Shown: positions 25,923-36,426 of the stretch, in pieces
How positions within the stretch are numbered: position 1 is the first letter of the stretch
How the letters are laid out: each line of letters begins with the position of its first letter
Origin: an archaeon
Lineage (GTDB): Archaea; Iainarchaeota; Iainarchaeia; Iainarchaeales; Iainarchaeaceae
Length of the DNA: 64,000 nucleotides
Direction: 5' to 3'
Assembly (NCBI GenBank): GCA_035655435.1
Contig: DASRUN010000066.1
Coordinates: 520-64,519 of the forward strand
Position numbers and translations under genes: made by a program
Notes under the pieces: model-generated
What the model was told of the DNA's origin: nothing
What the model saw: only the letters and a program-made list of their open reading frames with translations
The model's database searches: none

Positions 25923-26565
25923 CACGCTGCACCTCAACTATTGATCCTGTTTTTAGCAAAAGTTTTTTTCTCAGCGAAACCGGCGCAATAATTTCAAGCA
26001 CATTATCCGGATGATTTGTTCGATGCGGAATTATTGCAACACATTTTTCCTTTTTGTTGAGGATGCATTTCCAGCAGTTTATTCCGCCGAACGTTCTTTC
26101 CTTACTTTTGAACCCTTCGACTTTTAGTGGTTCCGTGGAAGTGAAAACATTTCTTTCCGCCGGGTCTACAATAAGATTCAGTGTGCCGGGAAAAATTTCA
26201 AATCCAAATAAATCCGAAAATTGTTTTTTGTACTGCGGGATCTGCGTGTAATAAGATCCCTCTCCAAGACCGTCGACAACCTTTCCTTTAAGGGAAAATT
26301 TTTTCTTTGAAAAAAGTTCGCGCAATTCCAAATAGAATGATTCCAGTTCTTTTCTCCCCTGCTCGGAAAAGGAAACCTCTATTCCTGAATTGGAAACATT
26401 TCTAATAATTATTTTTTCTTCCTCGAGTTCGCGCAATTTTCGGGAAATTGATTGCTGCGAAAATCCGGTTAATTGTGCGAGTTCGGAAGTGGACATAAAT
26501 GTTTTTCCGTGCAAACCCGCTTTTTTTGCAAGCAATAGTGCGAGGCCGAAGTTCTCCTCTTTCAT
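25915..26565 (-). CDS. ribK: HTH regulator fused to CTP-dependent riboflavin kinase (RbkR/RibK type)
   Basis: N-terminal wHTH (STSELAQLTGFSQQSISRKLRELEEE). C-terminal GKVVDGLGEGSYYTQIPQYKKQF...FPGTLNL is the archaeal riboflavin kinase motif. Confidence 0.75.
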   Translation of the reverse strand: MKEENFGLALLLAKKAGLHGKTFMSTSELAQLTGFSQQSISRKLRELEEEKIIIRNVSNSGIEVSFSEQGRKELESFYLELRELFSKKKFSLKGKVVDGLGEGSYYTQIPQYKKQFSDLFGFEIFPGTLNLIVDPAERNVFTSTEPLKVEGFKSKERTFGGINCWKCILNKKEKCVAIIPHRTNHPDNVLEIIAPVSLRKKLLLKTGSIVEVQRDE

Positions 26566-26624
26566 AGTGTAATTTCCCGGAAGAATTACTTAAAAATGGG
26601 TTGGTTACCGAAAATGAGTAATGG

Positions 26625-27710
26625 TTATTTCTTTTTCGCGGTTTCCGGATAAGAGCCCTGCGGCGGGAATGCAAAATCTATTTTGGCTTTTTCGAATTGC
26701 TTTTTGATTTCAAGGTTTATTTCGCTCATAACCTCGAATTTTCGATCTTGATTTTTTATGTGGTAAGCAAACCAGATGTTGAGTGCTGAGCCCCCATATT
26801 CCTTGAATACTGCGCGAATTTCATCGTGGTCTGTATCCGGATGCTTTTTCACGATCTCTTTGAGGAGACGGATTGCCTCCTGAATTTTTTCGAAAGAAGT
26901 GCTGTACGACATTCCAAGGGTTACTGAAATCCTTCTCGCCGGCTCGGAAGTGATGTTCAAAATTTCAGCCTGTGCAACTTTTGCGTTTGGAATAATATTC
27001 AGGCGATTGTCCCAATCGCGGATGCGCGTATATCTTATTCCGACTGATTCAACGGTTCCTTCAACGCCCGCGACTTTAATTGAATCACCCACAATAAATG
27101 GCTTTGAAACGAAAATGCTGAGGCCGCCAAAAACATCTTCCACGGTTTTTTGTGCCGCAAATGCAATGGCCAAACCCCCGATTCCGAGACCTGCGATTAA
27201 CGGAAGAACATCAACCCCGAAGTTTGAAAGAATTAATAGGAATGCTATGACAACAACCGCGACTTTTGCCACTTTTCTTAGTATTGGAACCAATTGGTCA
27301 TCAAGTTTTGATTCTGTTTTTGCGGAAAGCGGGATGATTATGTGCTCAATGAAACCGTCTATCAGGCGGAGGGCAAGCCACATTAAATCAAGGAGTATTA
27401 ACGCTTCAATTGCCGCTCCAAAATTGTTTGTTATAAAATCCGCATTTGGAGTGAGGAACTGGTATCCAATATTCAGGCCGATTATGAAGCCGAAAAAAGT
27501 GAGGGGCTTTTCGATTGCCTCTATTATAAGGTCATCAAATTGGTTTTGGGTTTTTGAGGCTATTATTGTGCCGTATTTTTTGATGAAAAAATAGAGTATT
27601 TTTGCGGCGAGCGCGGAGCCTATTATAATGCCGGAAAAAACAAGGTATTGGCTTATTGTAGAACCGAAATAAACATTGTTTACAAATTCAGGGAAGGTTT
27701 CAAACACCAT
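26625..27710 (-). CDS. MscS-family mechanosensitive channel
   Basis: 361 aa. FIVGDSIKVAGVEGTVESVGIRYTRIRDWDNRLNIIPN beta-domain signature after the TM helices. Confidence 0.8.
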   Translation of the reverse strand: MVFETFPEFVNNVYFGSTISQYLVFSGIIIGSALAAKILYFFIKKYGTIIASKTQNQFDDLIIEAIEKPLTFFGFIIGLNIGYQFLTPNADFITNNFGAAIEALILLDLMWLALRLIDGFIEHIIIPLSAKTESKLDDQLVPILRKVAKVAVVVIAFLLILSNFGVDVLPLIAGLGIGGLAIAFAAQKTVEDVFGGLSIFVSKPFIVGDSIKVAGVEGTVESVGIRYTRIRDWDNRLNIIPNAKVAQAEILNITSEPARRISVTLGMSYSTSFEKIQEAIRLLKEIVKKHPDTDHDEIRAVFKEYGGSALNIWFAYHIKNQDRKFEVMSEINLEIKKQFEKAKIDFAFPPQGSYPETAKKK

Positions 27711-27920
27711 GAATCAAAACGCATGCAAAATTTATTAAAGCTTTACCCGGCTAAATTAGCCCTAATGTTACCTTTAAATTCCTTTCCCTAATAGAATTCT
27801 TAGAATTAGTAATTATCGAATTTATTTGGTGAGTCGGCAACAGAGCTTTTTGTTTAAAACAACAGTTATCTAGGTTTAAACGTGCTTTTGCCGCTCTTTA
27901 ATGGGTTGGTTCGCTTGGGT

Positions 27921-28148
27921 ATGGAAAAGGTTGCAGATCATTTTTTGGTTTCCAAGCACGAAATTGTGCCTTTGGAAAGATTGGAAGAAGTTTTCAAAAA
28001 ATTCGGTTCTAAAGCCGAGAAATTCCCGCAAATTCTTGTTGATGATCCGGCGGTTGAGGAAATAGGCGCAAAAAGAGGGGACATGATTAAAATAACAAGA
28101 AAGAGCCAGACAGCAGGAACAAGCATTTACTTTAGGATTGTGGTTTAA
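27921..28148 (+). CDS. rpoH: RNA polymerase subunit H (Rpb5-like)
   Basis: HFLVSKHEIVPLE...DPAVEEIGAKRGDMIKITRKSQTAGTSIYFRIVV. Start moved to ATG 27921 (the track starts at 27882). Confidence 0.85.
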   Translation: MEKVADHFLVSKHEIVPLERLEEVFKKFGSKAEKFPQILVDDPAVEEIGAKRGDMIKITRKSQTAGTSIYFRIVV

Positions 28149-29613
28149 TTTGGTTGACGGTTGGGCGGTAATAGATTCTTATTTTAGGGACAAAAACATT
28201 GCCCAAATGGAAATAGATTCGTTCAACCAGTTTGTGGAAAAAAAACTCGATGAAATAATTGCGGAAAACAAGGAAGTTGTTCCGAAAATCGAGGAAGTAA
28301 AAGTTCAATTTGACAAAATTTCCGTTATAAAACCGCGCATAGTGGAAGCTGACGGCTCTCCTAGAAACGAATTTTTCCCAATGGAAGCAAGATTGAGAAA
28401 TAGAACTTATTCAAGCCCGATTTTTTTGACAATGAAACTTTTGAGAAGAGATGTTGAACAGGATAAAAAACAAACTTACATCGGAGAGCTTCCTGTAATG
28501 TTGAAAAGCAATTTGTGCTGGTTGAACGGTAAAACAAACGAAGAACTTATTGAAATGGGCGAAGATCATCTTGATTTCGGCGGATATTTCATTGTAAACG
28601 GTTCTGAAAAAGCGTTGATGACACAGGAAGTTCTTGCATCCGACAGGGTTATTGTTTCTGAACAATCCGATAGAATTGTCGCGGAAGTTATTTCAACAAG
28701 GGGAGCTTTCAAAGGAAGGGTTAGAATTCTTAGAACTCCTGACGGAATTTTGAATGTTACATTTCCTGCTTCCCCTAGAAAATTAAAATTATTTGTTTTG
28801 CTCAAAGCACTTGGATTGAGAAGCCCGCAAACAATTAAGGAAGCTTTCATTGAACAACAGGAAATTCAAAATGATGTTTTGATTAACATTGAAAATCTTT
28901 TGGTTAAGAGCGAGAAGGAAGCACTTGATAAAATCGGAAAGTTTGTTGCACCCGGACAAGTGGAAGAATACAGGTTGAGAAGAGCCCAGGAAGTTATTGA
29001 TGCATTCTTATTGCCGCACATTGGACAGGATCAAAAAGACAGATTGGCAAAAGCATATTATTTGGTTATGATGGCAACCAAGGCAATTGAAAAAGCCTAC
29101 AAATTGAGAGAAGAAGATGACAAAGATCATTACGCAAACAAGAGATTGGAATTGTCGGGAAAATTAATGGAACACTTGTTCAGATATTCTTTCAAATATT
29201 TCATCAAGGATTTGAAATTCCAAATTGACAGAACAGTTACAAGGAGAAGAAAACTTAACATTTCAACAATTGTAAGACCGGGCGCGGTTTCGGAAAGAAT
29301 CAGATTTGCAATGAGCACAGGAAATTGGATTGGACGCGCTACAGGAGTTTCAAAATTCATGGATCGAGTAAATTATTTATCTCCATTAACGGATTTGAGA
29401 AAAGTAAAAAGCCCATTGGATAAAAACAGGGAACTTTATGAAGCAAGAGATGTTCACGGAACGCATTGGGGAAGATTGTGCGCAATAGAAACTCCTGACG
29501 GACCGCAATGTGGGTTGGTAAAAAATCTTGCATTGATGGCAGAGGTTACGGTTGAAACGGATGAAGAGCCGATTGAAAAATTGTTGAAGGATATGGGCGT
29601 GAAATTAAGATGA
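28138..29613 (+). CDS. rpoB2: RNA polymerase subunit B'' (N-terminal half of split RpoB)
   Basis: 491 aa. IDSFNQFV..., ANKRLELSGKLM, and ends after GLVKNLALMAEV. TTG start overlaps the rpoH stop. Confidence 0.9.
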   Translation: MWFNLVDGWAVIDSYFRDKNIAQMEIDSFNQFVEKKLDEIIAENKEVVPKIEEVKVQFDKISVIKPRIVEADGSPRNEFFPMEARLRNRTYSSPIFLTMKLLRRDVEQDKKQTYIGELPVMLKSNLCWLNGKTNEELIEMGEDHLDFGGYFIVNGSEKALMTQEVLASDRVIVSEQSDRIVAEVISTRGAFKGRVRILRTPDGILNVTFPASPRKLKLFVLLKALGLRSPQTIKEAFIEQQEIQNDVLINIENLLVKSEKEALDKIGKFVAPGQVEEYRLRRAQEVIDAFLLPHIGQDQKDRLAKAYYLVMMATKAIEKAYKLREEDDKDHYANKRLELSGKLMEHLFRYSFKYFIKDLKFQIDRTVTRRRKLNISTIVRPGAVSERIRFAMSTGNWIGRATGVSKFMDRVNYLSPLTDLRKVKSPLDKNRELYEARDVHGTHWGRLCAIETPDGPQCGLVKNLALMAEVTVETDEEPIEKLLKDMGVKLR

Positions 29614-29624
29614 TTGCAAACCAA

Positions 29625-29727
29625 ATGAGTGGGACCGTAGGTCGCACAGGTCTGACGGCGAACCAAGTGCTGCCGAAGGCGCACGCTCCCTTCCGAGGAG
29701 CACGCTCGGACGCGGAGGTGTTCCCGA
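29625..29727 (+). promoter_or_regulatory. GC-rich structured leader cassette, copy A (before rpoB')
   Basis: GTGGGACC-GTA-GGTCGCAC hairpin, CACAGGTCTGACGGCG, GCTCC/GGAGC hairpin, GAGCAC word. Ends GGAGGTG + 7 nt + ATG. See findings. Confidence 0.55.
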
Positions 29728-31551
29728 ATGGTTAAGGAAGCAAAGCAGGCAAAGGTTTACATTAACGGAAGACTTATCGGATTCCATCCCGATCCCATGA
29801 AATTGACAAGGGAAATTATTGCGCGCAGAAGAGAGTCAAAAATCTCCGAGCAGGCAAATGTTGCTTTCCACGAAGATACAAATGAAGTTTACATTAACAC
29901 AGACGCAGGAAGGGTTCAGAGACCGTTGCTTGTTGTTGAGAACGGAAAATTAAAAATTACCGATGAAATTGTAAAGCAGGTTAAGGAAGTTAAAAAAACT
30001 TGGCAGGATCTTATCCGCGAGGGATATGTTGAATACCTCGATGCGGAAGAAGAGGAAAATGCTTTCATTGCTTCAAACGAAAAAGAACTCGGAAAAGAGC
30101 ACACGCATTTGGAAATTGATTCCGCAACAATTTTGAGTGTAATAAGTTCCATGATTCCTTATCTCGAACACAACATGGCGGGAAAAGCGCTTCACGGAGC
30201 AAAAATGTTCAAGCAGGCACAGGGTTTCGGAGCAAGCAATTTTAATCTTAGAAGCGATACTGAAGGATATCTTTTGCATTACCCACAAAAATCTTTGGTG
30301 AAAACAAAAACAATGCACATGGTTGGATTGAATCAGAGACCGCAAATTCAGAATCTTGTTGTTGCAATAATGCCGTATTACGGCTTCAATATTTTGGATG
30401 CAGTAATTCTCAATAGAGGCGCTGTGGAAAGAGGAATGGGAAGAAGCTCTTATTTTAGAACTTATGAAAGCGCGGAAAACAGGTATCCTGGCGGACAGAT
30501 AGATAAATTTGAAATTCCGACAGAAGAAACCGTCGGATTTTTGGGAGAAGGATTTTACAAAAAGCTTGGTCATGACGGAATAATCCAGCTTGAATCCATT
30601 GTTGAAGAAAATGATGTTTTGATTGGAAGAACCTCCCCTCCAAGATTTTTGGAAGAAATCAATGAGTTCGGTGTTGTTCAGGAAAAAAGAAGGGAAACAA
30701 GCGTTACAATAAGAAAAGGCAAGGACGGTTTTGTTGACAAAATTTTTGTAACAGAATCGGAAGCCGGAAACAAGCTTGTGAAAGTTAAAGTTAGAAGCCA
30801 GAGAATTCCCGCGCTTGGAGATAAATTCAGTTCAAGGCACGGGCAGAAAGGTGTTGTTGGATTAATTGTTCCTGAGGAAGACATGCCTTTTACACCCGAT
30901 GGAATAAAACCTGATTTGATTTTGAACCCGCACTCTGTTCCTTCAAGAATGACCATTGGACACTTGCTTGAAATGCTTGCGGGAAAAGCTTCCGCAATGA
31001 AAGCAATGCAGATAGACGGAACTCCTTTTGGCGGAGTCAAACAAGCTGAACTTGAAAAAATGCTTGATGCAGCCGGATTAAGAAAAAATGCAAAAGAAGT
31101 TTTTTACGACGGTACAACAGGAAAAAGAATCCAAGGAGAAATTTTTACGGGACCGGTTGCTTATAGAAGATTGTTCCACATGACCGCGCACAAAATACAA
31201 AGCAGAGCTCGCGGACCGGTTCAGATTTTGACAAGACAGCCTACAGAAGGAAAGGAAAAAGAGGGCGGATTAAGATTTGGAGAAATGGAAGGAGAAACAT
31301 TGGTTGGACACGGAGCGGCAATGCTTTTGCAGGAAAAATTCATTGATGATTCCGATAAAGTTACAATGTGGGTTTCCGAAACCGCGGGAGTAATAGGATT
31401 TGAGGATCAAATCAGAAAAGTGAAGAGGGTTCTTGAGGCAAATGATTCGAAAATTTATCCTGTTGAAATGAGCTATGGTTTCAAATTATTGCTTGATGAA
31501 TTGAAAGCTCTTGGAGTATATCCTAAATTGATTTTGACGGACAAGGTGTAA
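29728..31551 (+). CDS. rpoB1: RNA polymerase subunit B' (C-terminal half of split RpoB)
   Basis: 607 aa. GDKFSSRHGQKGV, NPHSVPSRMTIG, and GGLRFGEMEGETLVGHGA motifs. Confidence 0.95.
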   Translation: MVKEAKQAKVYINGRLIGFHPDPMKLTREIIARRRESKISEQANVAFHEDTNEVYINTDAGRVQRPLLVVENGKLKITDEIVKQVKEVKKTWQDLIREGYVEYLDAEEEENAFIASNEKELGKEHTHLEIDSATILSVISSMIPYLEHNMAGKALHGAKMFKQAQGFGASNFNLRSDTEGYLLHYPQKSLVKTKTMHMVGLNQRPQIQNLVVAIMPYYGFNILDAVILNRGAVERGMGRSSYFRTYESAENRYPGGQIDKFEIPTEETVGFLGEGFYKKLGHDGIIQLESIVEENDVLIGRTSPPRFLEEINEFGVVQEKRRETSVTIRKGKDGFVDKIFVTESEAGNKLVKVKVRSQRIPALGDKFSSRHGQKGVVGLIVPEEDMPFTPDGIKPDLILNPHSVPSRMTIGHLLEMLAGKASAMKAMQIDGTPFGGVKQAELEKMLDAAGLRKNAKEVFYDGTTGKRIQGEIFTGPVAYRRLFHMTAHKIQSRARGPVQILTRQPTEGKEKEGGLRFGEMEGETLVGHGAAMLLQEKFIDDSDKVTMWVSETAGVIGFEDQIRKVKRVLEANDSKIYPVEMSYGFKLLLDELKALGVYPKLILTDKV

Positions 31552-31556
31552 TTGAT

Positions 31557-31653
31557 ATGATGACAAAAATGTTGAACGAAGCTAGTGTGACCGCAGGTCG
31601 TGGCATCGAGCACCGCGAAGATGGCACACCTCTCTCAGCGAGGTGTCGCTGAA
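31557..31653 (+). promoter_or_regulatory. GC-rich structured leader cassette, copy B (before rpoA')
   Basis: Begins with a duplicate of the rpoA' start (ATGATGACAAAAA). GTGTGACC-GCA-GGTCG hairpin. ACACCTC/GAGGTGT hairpin holds the SD 8 nt before ATG 31654. Confidence 0.55.
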
Positions 31654-34266
31654 ATGATGACAAAAAGAATTGAGGGAATTGAATTCAGGATTATGGGTCC
31701 GGAGTTTATTAGAAAAATGAGCGGGATAGAAATCAAGAGCCCTGAAACTTATGATAAAGACGGCTTCCCAATGGAAGGCGGATTGATGGATAATCATCTT
31801 GGGGTTATCAATCCCGGATTGAGATGCAAGACCTGCGGAAATACAATGAAAAAATGCCCCGGCCACTTTGGACACATAGAATTGGTTAGGCCGATTGCAC
31901 ACTCTGAATTCGGAAAAAAACTTGAAATTTTGATGCAGGCAACATGCCAGAGCTGCGGAAGAATAGCAATCCAAGCTGATAAGCTTGAGCAGTTAAGGGC
32001 TTTTATCGGCGATGAAACAATTAATATTGCAAAAAAGATTTTGGCAAAAACAAAAAAAGTGAAAAAATGTCCGCATTGTACTGCTGACAGACGCGAAATT
32101 TCACTTGACAAGCCCACAAACTTTTACATTGACAAGGACAGAATTTATCCCACGCAAATAAGGGAATGGGTTGAAAAAATCCCCGACAAGGATTTGGAAT
32201 TCTTTGGTTATGAACAAGGAAAACTCAGGCCGGAGTGGTTTATCATGACCGTGCTCCAGGTTCCGCCGATCAATCTTAGGCCGAGCATTACACTTGAATC
32301 AGGAATAAAAAGCGAAGACGATCTAACACACAAACTTGTTGATATAATTAGAATAAACATGAGATTGAAGGACAACATTGATGCAGGCGCACCGCAACTT
32401 ATCATTGAAGATCTTTGGGATTTGCTCCAATATCATGTGACAACGTATTTCAACAATAATACCGCGGGAGTTCCTCCGGCAAAACACAGGAGCGGAAGAG
32501 CACTTAGAACTCTTGTGCAAAGATTGCAGGGAAAGAAAGGAAGATTCAGGTACAACTTAACAGGAAAAAGAGTTAATTTTGCGGCTCGTTCAATCATAAC
32601 TCCCGATCCAATGCTTTCAATCAACGAACTCGGTGTTCCCCAAGAAATTGCGGACAACATGACTGTTCCGGAAATAATTACAAAAGGAACCTTGACAGAA
32701 GCAAAGAACATGATCAAGGAAGGAAAAGTAATTTATGTTATCAGGCCTGATGGAATGAGAAAAAAAGTTGTTGAGGCAAACATGGAAGCTATTTTGGAAG
32801 AGCTTGATGTCGGATTTAAACTTGACAGAAAATTGAAAGACGGAGATATTGTTCTCTTTAACAGACAGCCTTCGTTGCACAGGCTTTCAATGCTCGCACA
32901 CAGAGCAAAAATTATGAAAGACAAGACATTCAGATTGAATTCAATTGTGTGCAAACCATACAATGCGGACTTTGATGGAGACGAAATGAACATGCATGTT
33001 CCGCAAACTCCTGAAGGAATTGCGGAAGCAACAGAACTAATGCTTGTTGAAAAACAAATTATTTCCCCAAGATACGGAGCCCCGGTAATAATTCTTGATG
33101 AAGACGGAGTTTCAGGATGCTTTATACTAACAATGAAGCAAACCGTGTTTGATAAGGATAAGGCGTTCCAGTTTTTCCAGTTAATGAATTTGCAGGAAAT
33201 TCCAAAGCCGGATGTCGGAAAGGACAAATATTCAGGAAAACTAATTTTCTCGCAATTGTTGCCAAAAGATTTGAACATGGAGTACAAAACCAAATTGCAT
33301 GACATAATCAAAAGAGAAGATCCAAACAACGCACTATTGAAAGACCCGTACAAGAATGATTTGATAGTTAAGATTGAGAAAGGCCAATTGAAAGCCGGAA
33401 TAATTGATGCGGTCAGTCTTGGAGAAGGAAAAGGAAAACTTGTTGATGCACTTGCAAGGGATTATCCTCCTGCAGTAATAAGGGGTTTTTATGACAGTAT
33501 TTCAAAAATAATCGGCGGTCTTATAACGGAAGTTGGAATGACAGTAAGCCTTGAGGAATACACTCCGAGCAGCAAGATACTCAGTTTGAGAGAAAAAGCC
33601 GTTGAGGAAATGAGAAAAGAAACCGATTCGTGGGTTAAAAAATTCGAGAAAGGACATCTCGATTTAATTCCGGGAAGAAATCAGGAAGAGAGCTTTGAAA
33701 TTTACATGATGAGAACAGGGGCAGCTGCAAAAGAAAAATTGCAGAAGCAAATCATGAAAGAACTTGTTGATTCTGTAATGGTTGATGAACCTGAATTCAA
33801 CAGCAATGTAATGATACTTTCAGGTTCAAGAGGAAACATCATCAATCTTGTAAACTTATCCGGAATGTGGGGACAGGCATCTGTAAGAGAGGGAAGGCCG
33901 AAGAGAGGATTCTCGAATAGATTGATCGCACTCAACAAAAGAAAGGATGTTGGAATAGATGCGGGGGGATTCATTTACCACAATTTCATGGAAGGAATGA
34001 GCTCTTATGAATACTTCTATCACACAATGGGTGGAAGACAGGGAGAAGTTGACACGGGAGTTTCAACAAAGGTTTCCGGTTATTTGTACAGAAGGCTGGC
34101 AAATTCTTTGAAGGATCTTGTTGTAAACAATGATGCAACTGTGAGAACGGCAAACAAGAATATTGTACAGTACAAGTACGGAGAAGACGGAGTCTTCCCG
34201 GAAAAAACATTTAAAGGAAAAAGCGTTTCTGTGAAAAGAGAGCTTGAAAAAATGAGAAGCAAGTGA
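31654..34266 (+). CDS. rpoA1: RNA polymerase subunit A'
   Basis: Zinc motifs [17 protein letters not shown], and the [10 protein letters not shown] catalytic loop. Start set at [11 protein letters not shown]. The ORF-track start 31600 reads through the GC-rich cassette. Confidence 0.95.
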   Translation: MMTKRIEGIEFRIMGPEFIRKMSGIEIKSPETYDKDGFPMEGGLMDNHLGVINPGLRCKTCGNTMKKCPGHFGHIELVRPIAHSEFGKKLEILMQATCQSCGRIAIQADKLEQLRAFIGDETINIAKKILAKTKKVKKCPHCTADRREISLDKPTNFYIDKDRIYPTQIREWVEKIPDKDLEFFGYEQGKLRPEWFIMTVLQVPPINLRPSITLESGIKSEDDLTHKLVDIIRINMRLKDNIDAGAPQLIIEDLWDLLQYHVTTYFNNNTAGVPPAKHRSGRALRTLVQRLQGKKGRFRYNLTGKRVNFAARSIITPDPMLSINELGVPQEIADNMTVPEIITKGTLTEAKNMIKEGKVIYVIRPDGMRKKVVEANMEAILEELDVGFKLDRKLKDGDIVLFNRQPSLHRLSMLAHRAKIMKDKTFRLNSIVCKPYNADFDGDEMNMHVPQTPEGIAEATELMLVEKQIISPRYGAPVIILDEDGVSGCFILTMKQTVFDKDKAFQFFQLMNLQEIPKPDVGKDKYSGKLIFSQLLPKDLNMEYKTKLHDIIKREDPNNALLKDPYKNDLIVKIEKGQLKAGIIDAVSLGEGKGKLVDALARDYPPAVIRGFYDSISKIIGGLITEVGMTVSLEEYTPSSKILSLREKAVEEMRKETDSWVKKFEKGHLDLIPGRNQEESFEIYMMRTGAAAKEKLQKQIMKELVDSVMVDEPEFNSNVMILSGSRGNIINLVNLSGMWGQASVREGRPKRGFSNRLIALNKRKDVGIDAGGFIYHNFMEGMSSYEYFYHTMGGRQGEVDTGVSTKVSGYLYRRLANSLKDLVVNNDATVRTANKNIVQYKYGEDGVFPEKTFKGKSVSVKRELEKMRSK

Positions 34267-34273
34267 TGAAAAA

Positions 34274-35527
34274 ATGTCCGCAAAAAAAACCGTGAAAAAG
34301 CACGTTGAAAAAAAACCGGCGAAAAAAACCGAGCCGAAAATACCTAAAGAAAAAAAGGCTAAAAAAATCGTTGAGGAGAAAAAGGAAGTTGAAAGGGTTT
34401 ACATGAAAGGCGATCTTTTCTTCAAAGAGGGTTTGCCTGCAAAAATTTTTGAGGATTTTGAAAAAACAGTTTTAGAAATGAAGCTCAAGGACAAGGAAAA
34501 AGATAAGCTCATGGAGCAGATACTCAAACAATTTGAATTTGTAAAAGTTGAATCGGGAGAAGCCGTTGGAATTATCACCGCACAGAGCCTTGGAGAGCCG
34601 GGAACACAATTGACTTTGAGAACAAAGCACTATGCGGGTTCTGCGGAAGTTTCTGTCGGATCAGGAATACAAAGAGTGGAAGAAATAGTTGACGGCAGGT
34701 CAAAGGCAAAATATCCAACCATGACAATTTACATTGCGGATGAAAAACTAAGAAAAGATGAGAAAAAATTGGATTTGTATGCAAAAACGCTTATTGATGT
34801 GAGAATTGATGATGTGATTAAAGTTCACGAGGATCTTATCAAGGGAAAAGTTTCGATAATGATTGATAAGGAAGCCGTTGAATTGAGAAATGTGAATGTT
34901 GAGGAACTCATTGATAAAATAAATAAGCACATGAAAAAAGATGCAAAGCAGAAGGACAAATATTCAATGGATTTTACTTTCAAAAACGAATCATTCCTCA
35001 AAATCAGAAAAACATTAAACAAACTCAGAAACACACGTATTCAGGGGGTTAGGGGAATTGAAAAGGTTATTGTTACAAAAGAAAATAATGAGTCTGTCAT
35101 CAAAACAAGGGGAACAAACCTCAAAACAATTGTGAAAATGGAGGAAATTGACGGAGCAAGAACAACAACAAATGACATAAAAGAAATTTCAAAAGTCCTT
35201 GGAATAGAAGCCGGAAGGGTTTCAATTGTGAACGAGCTCCAGGGTGTTCTGAGAGAAAATGGAATTTCAGTTGATATTAGACACATAATGCTTTTGGCGG
35301 ATTCAATGACTTGGGATGGAGACATAAAGGGAATTGTGAGAACAGGAATCACAAGAGGAAAATCAAGTCCGTTTGCAAGAGCGGCATTTGAAGAAACCGT
35401 GAAACATTTATTGGAAGCAAGCTTCAAGGGGGAAGTAGAGCACTTAGAAGGCGTTGTAGAAAACATTATTGTGGGACAGCCGATTAAAGTGGGAACCGGA
35501 AGAGTAAGCCTTGTGGTAAAAAAATAG
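34274..35527 (+). CDS. rpoA2: RNA polymerase subunit A'' (with Lys-rich N-terminal extension)
   Basis: [23 protein letters not shown] trigger-loop region. The first ~40 aa are K/E-rich. Confidence 0.9.
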   Translation: MSAKKTVKKHVEKKPAKKTEPKIPKEKKAKKIVEEKKEVERVYMKGDLFFKEGLPAKIFEDFEKTVLEMKLKDKEKDKLMEQILKQFEFVKVESGEAVGIITAQSLGEPGTQLTLRTKHYAGSAEVSVGSGIQRVEEIVDGRSKAKYPTMTIYIADEKLRKDEKKLDLYAKTLIDVRIDDVIKVHEDLIKGKVSIMIDKEAVELRNVNVEELIDKINKHMKKDAKQKDKYSMDFTFKNESFLKIRKTLNKLRNTRIQGVRGIEKVIVTKENNESVIKTRGTNLKTIVKMEEIDGARTTTNDIKEISKVLGIEAGRVSIVNELQGVLRENGISVDIRHIMLLADSMTWDGDIKGIVRTGITRGKSSPFARAAFEETVKHLLEASFKGEVEHLEGVVENIIVGQPIKVGTGRVSLVVKK

Positions 35528-35545
35528 GAATTTGGGTGAAAGGTT

Positions 35546-35845
35546 ATGGTTGATGTTGCAAAGGAAATCAGGCGTGTTGTGGACACGGGAAAGGTAGTTT
35601 TTGGCACAAAAAACTCGGAGAAAAGCCTTAAAAACGGTACAGGGAAGCTTATTATTATAGCAAATAATGCCCCAAAACTCTCCAAAGAGAAATTGGTTTC
35701 TTTGGCGGAAACAGGGGAAACTCCTTACTCTATCTTTGAAGGATCGGGCATAGAACTCGGAAGCGTTTGCGGAAAACCTTTCACTATCAGTTCAATGGTT
35801 GTTCTTGACAAGGGAAAAAGCAAGGTATTGGAAATAGTAAAGTGA
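35546..35845 (+). CDS. rpl30e: ribosomal protein eL30
   Basis: 99 aa. GKVVFGTKNSEKSLKNGTGKLIIIANNAP pattern, in the conserved position after rpoA''. Confidence 0.9.
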   Translation: MVDVAKEIRRVVDTGKVVFGTKNSEKSLKNGTGKLIIIANNAPKLSKEKLVSLAETGETPYSIFEGSGIELGSVCGKPFTISSMVVLDKGKSKVLEIVK

Positions 35846-35852
35846 TCTGAAC

Positions 35853-36266
35853 GTGAAACTTGATTTCGAACAAATACGCTTCATAAATGCATTGGATGAA
35901 ATGACAAGGGCAACTGCAAAAGATTGCTTTATCCACGAAGGATCCATTGTTTTCTTGGTTCCTTCAAAGCACATGAGAAAAGCAATAGGAAAGAATGGAG
36001 TAACGATACAGAAAGTAAAAGAAAAACTCGGAAAACCAATAGAGCTTTTTGAGTATTATGAAAATCCGGAAGGTTTTTTCGAAAAAGCCTTTTACAAAGC
36101 GAGTGTTGAAAAAGTTGAAATAAGAAAAACAAACGACAGGACAATTGCATTTGTGAAAACAAAAAGTGATGATAAAAAAATTATTTTGAACAATTTGAGG
36201 AGACTTGATAAGATAAAAGAGCTTGCAAAAAGGAATTACAATATTGAAGAAGTTAGGATAAGGTGA
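35853..36266 (+). CDS. nusA: archaeal NusA-like KH-domain transcription factor
   Basis: 137 aa. KAIGKNGVTIQKVKEKLGK KH motif, in the conserved position before rps12. GTG start. Confidence 0.85.
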   Translation: MKLDFEQIRFINALDEMTRATAKDCFIHEGSIVFLVPSKHMRKAIGKNGVTIQKVKEKLGKPIELFEYYENPEGFFEKAFYKASVEKVEIRKTNDRTIAFVKTKSDDKKIILNNLRRLDKIKELAKRNYNIEEVRIR

Positions 36267-36292
36267 AAGATTTGTTTACAAAAGTTTTGATT

Positions 36293-36426
36293 ATGAATGA
36301 AGCTCGTGTGACCGAAGGTCGCACACCTCTGAACTCCCGGAACGCCGGGAGCACGTTGCACCGCACTTTGTGCGGGGCTAGTCCAACCGAAGGTTGGACA
36401 CCTCTGAACGCGGAGGTGTCCGCATA
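36293..36426 (+). promoter_or_regulatory. GC-rich structured leader cassette, copy C (before rps12)
   Basis: Five hairpins folded by hand: 36306-24, 36335-50, 36361-75, 36383-97, and 36396-421. The last pairs GGACACCTC with GAGGTGTCC, i.e. the SD. Confidence 0.55.

Noticed and set aside
31557-31652. Cassette B read as a C/D-box sRNA (AUGAUGA at the 5' end, CUGA at the 3' end)
   Set aside because: The AUGAUGA is simply the duplicated rpoA' start (ATG ATG A). The other three copies have ATGAGCGA, ATGAATGA and ATGAGTGG instead of RUGAUGA. No internal C'/D' boxes are present, and the length and GC-rich multi-hairpin body do not fit archaeal C/D guides. A terminal k-turn is not fully excluded.
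31600-31653. ORF-track N-terminal extension of rpoA' (MASSTAKMAHLSQRGVAE...)
   Set aside because: It reads through GC-rich cassette B. The conserved RpoA' N-terminus [11 protein letters not shown] begins at 31654, with GAGGTG 8 nt upstream. The extension has no counterpart in RpoA' as I know it.
36394-36426. ORF-track N-terminal extension of rps12 ([11 protein letters not shown]...)
   Set aside because: Same reason as for rpoA'. It lies inside cassette C, and uS12 starts at MAEGEF (36427) behind GGAGGTG.
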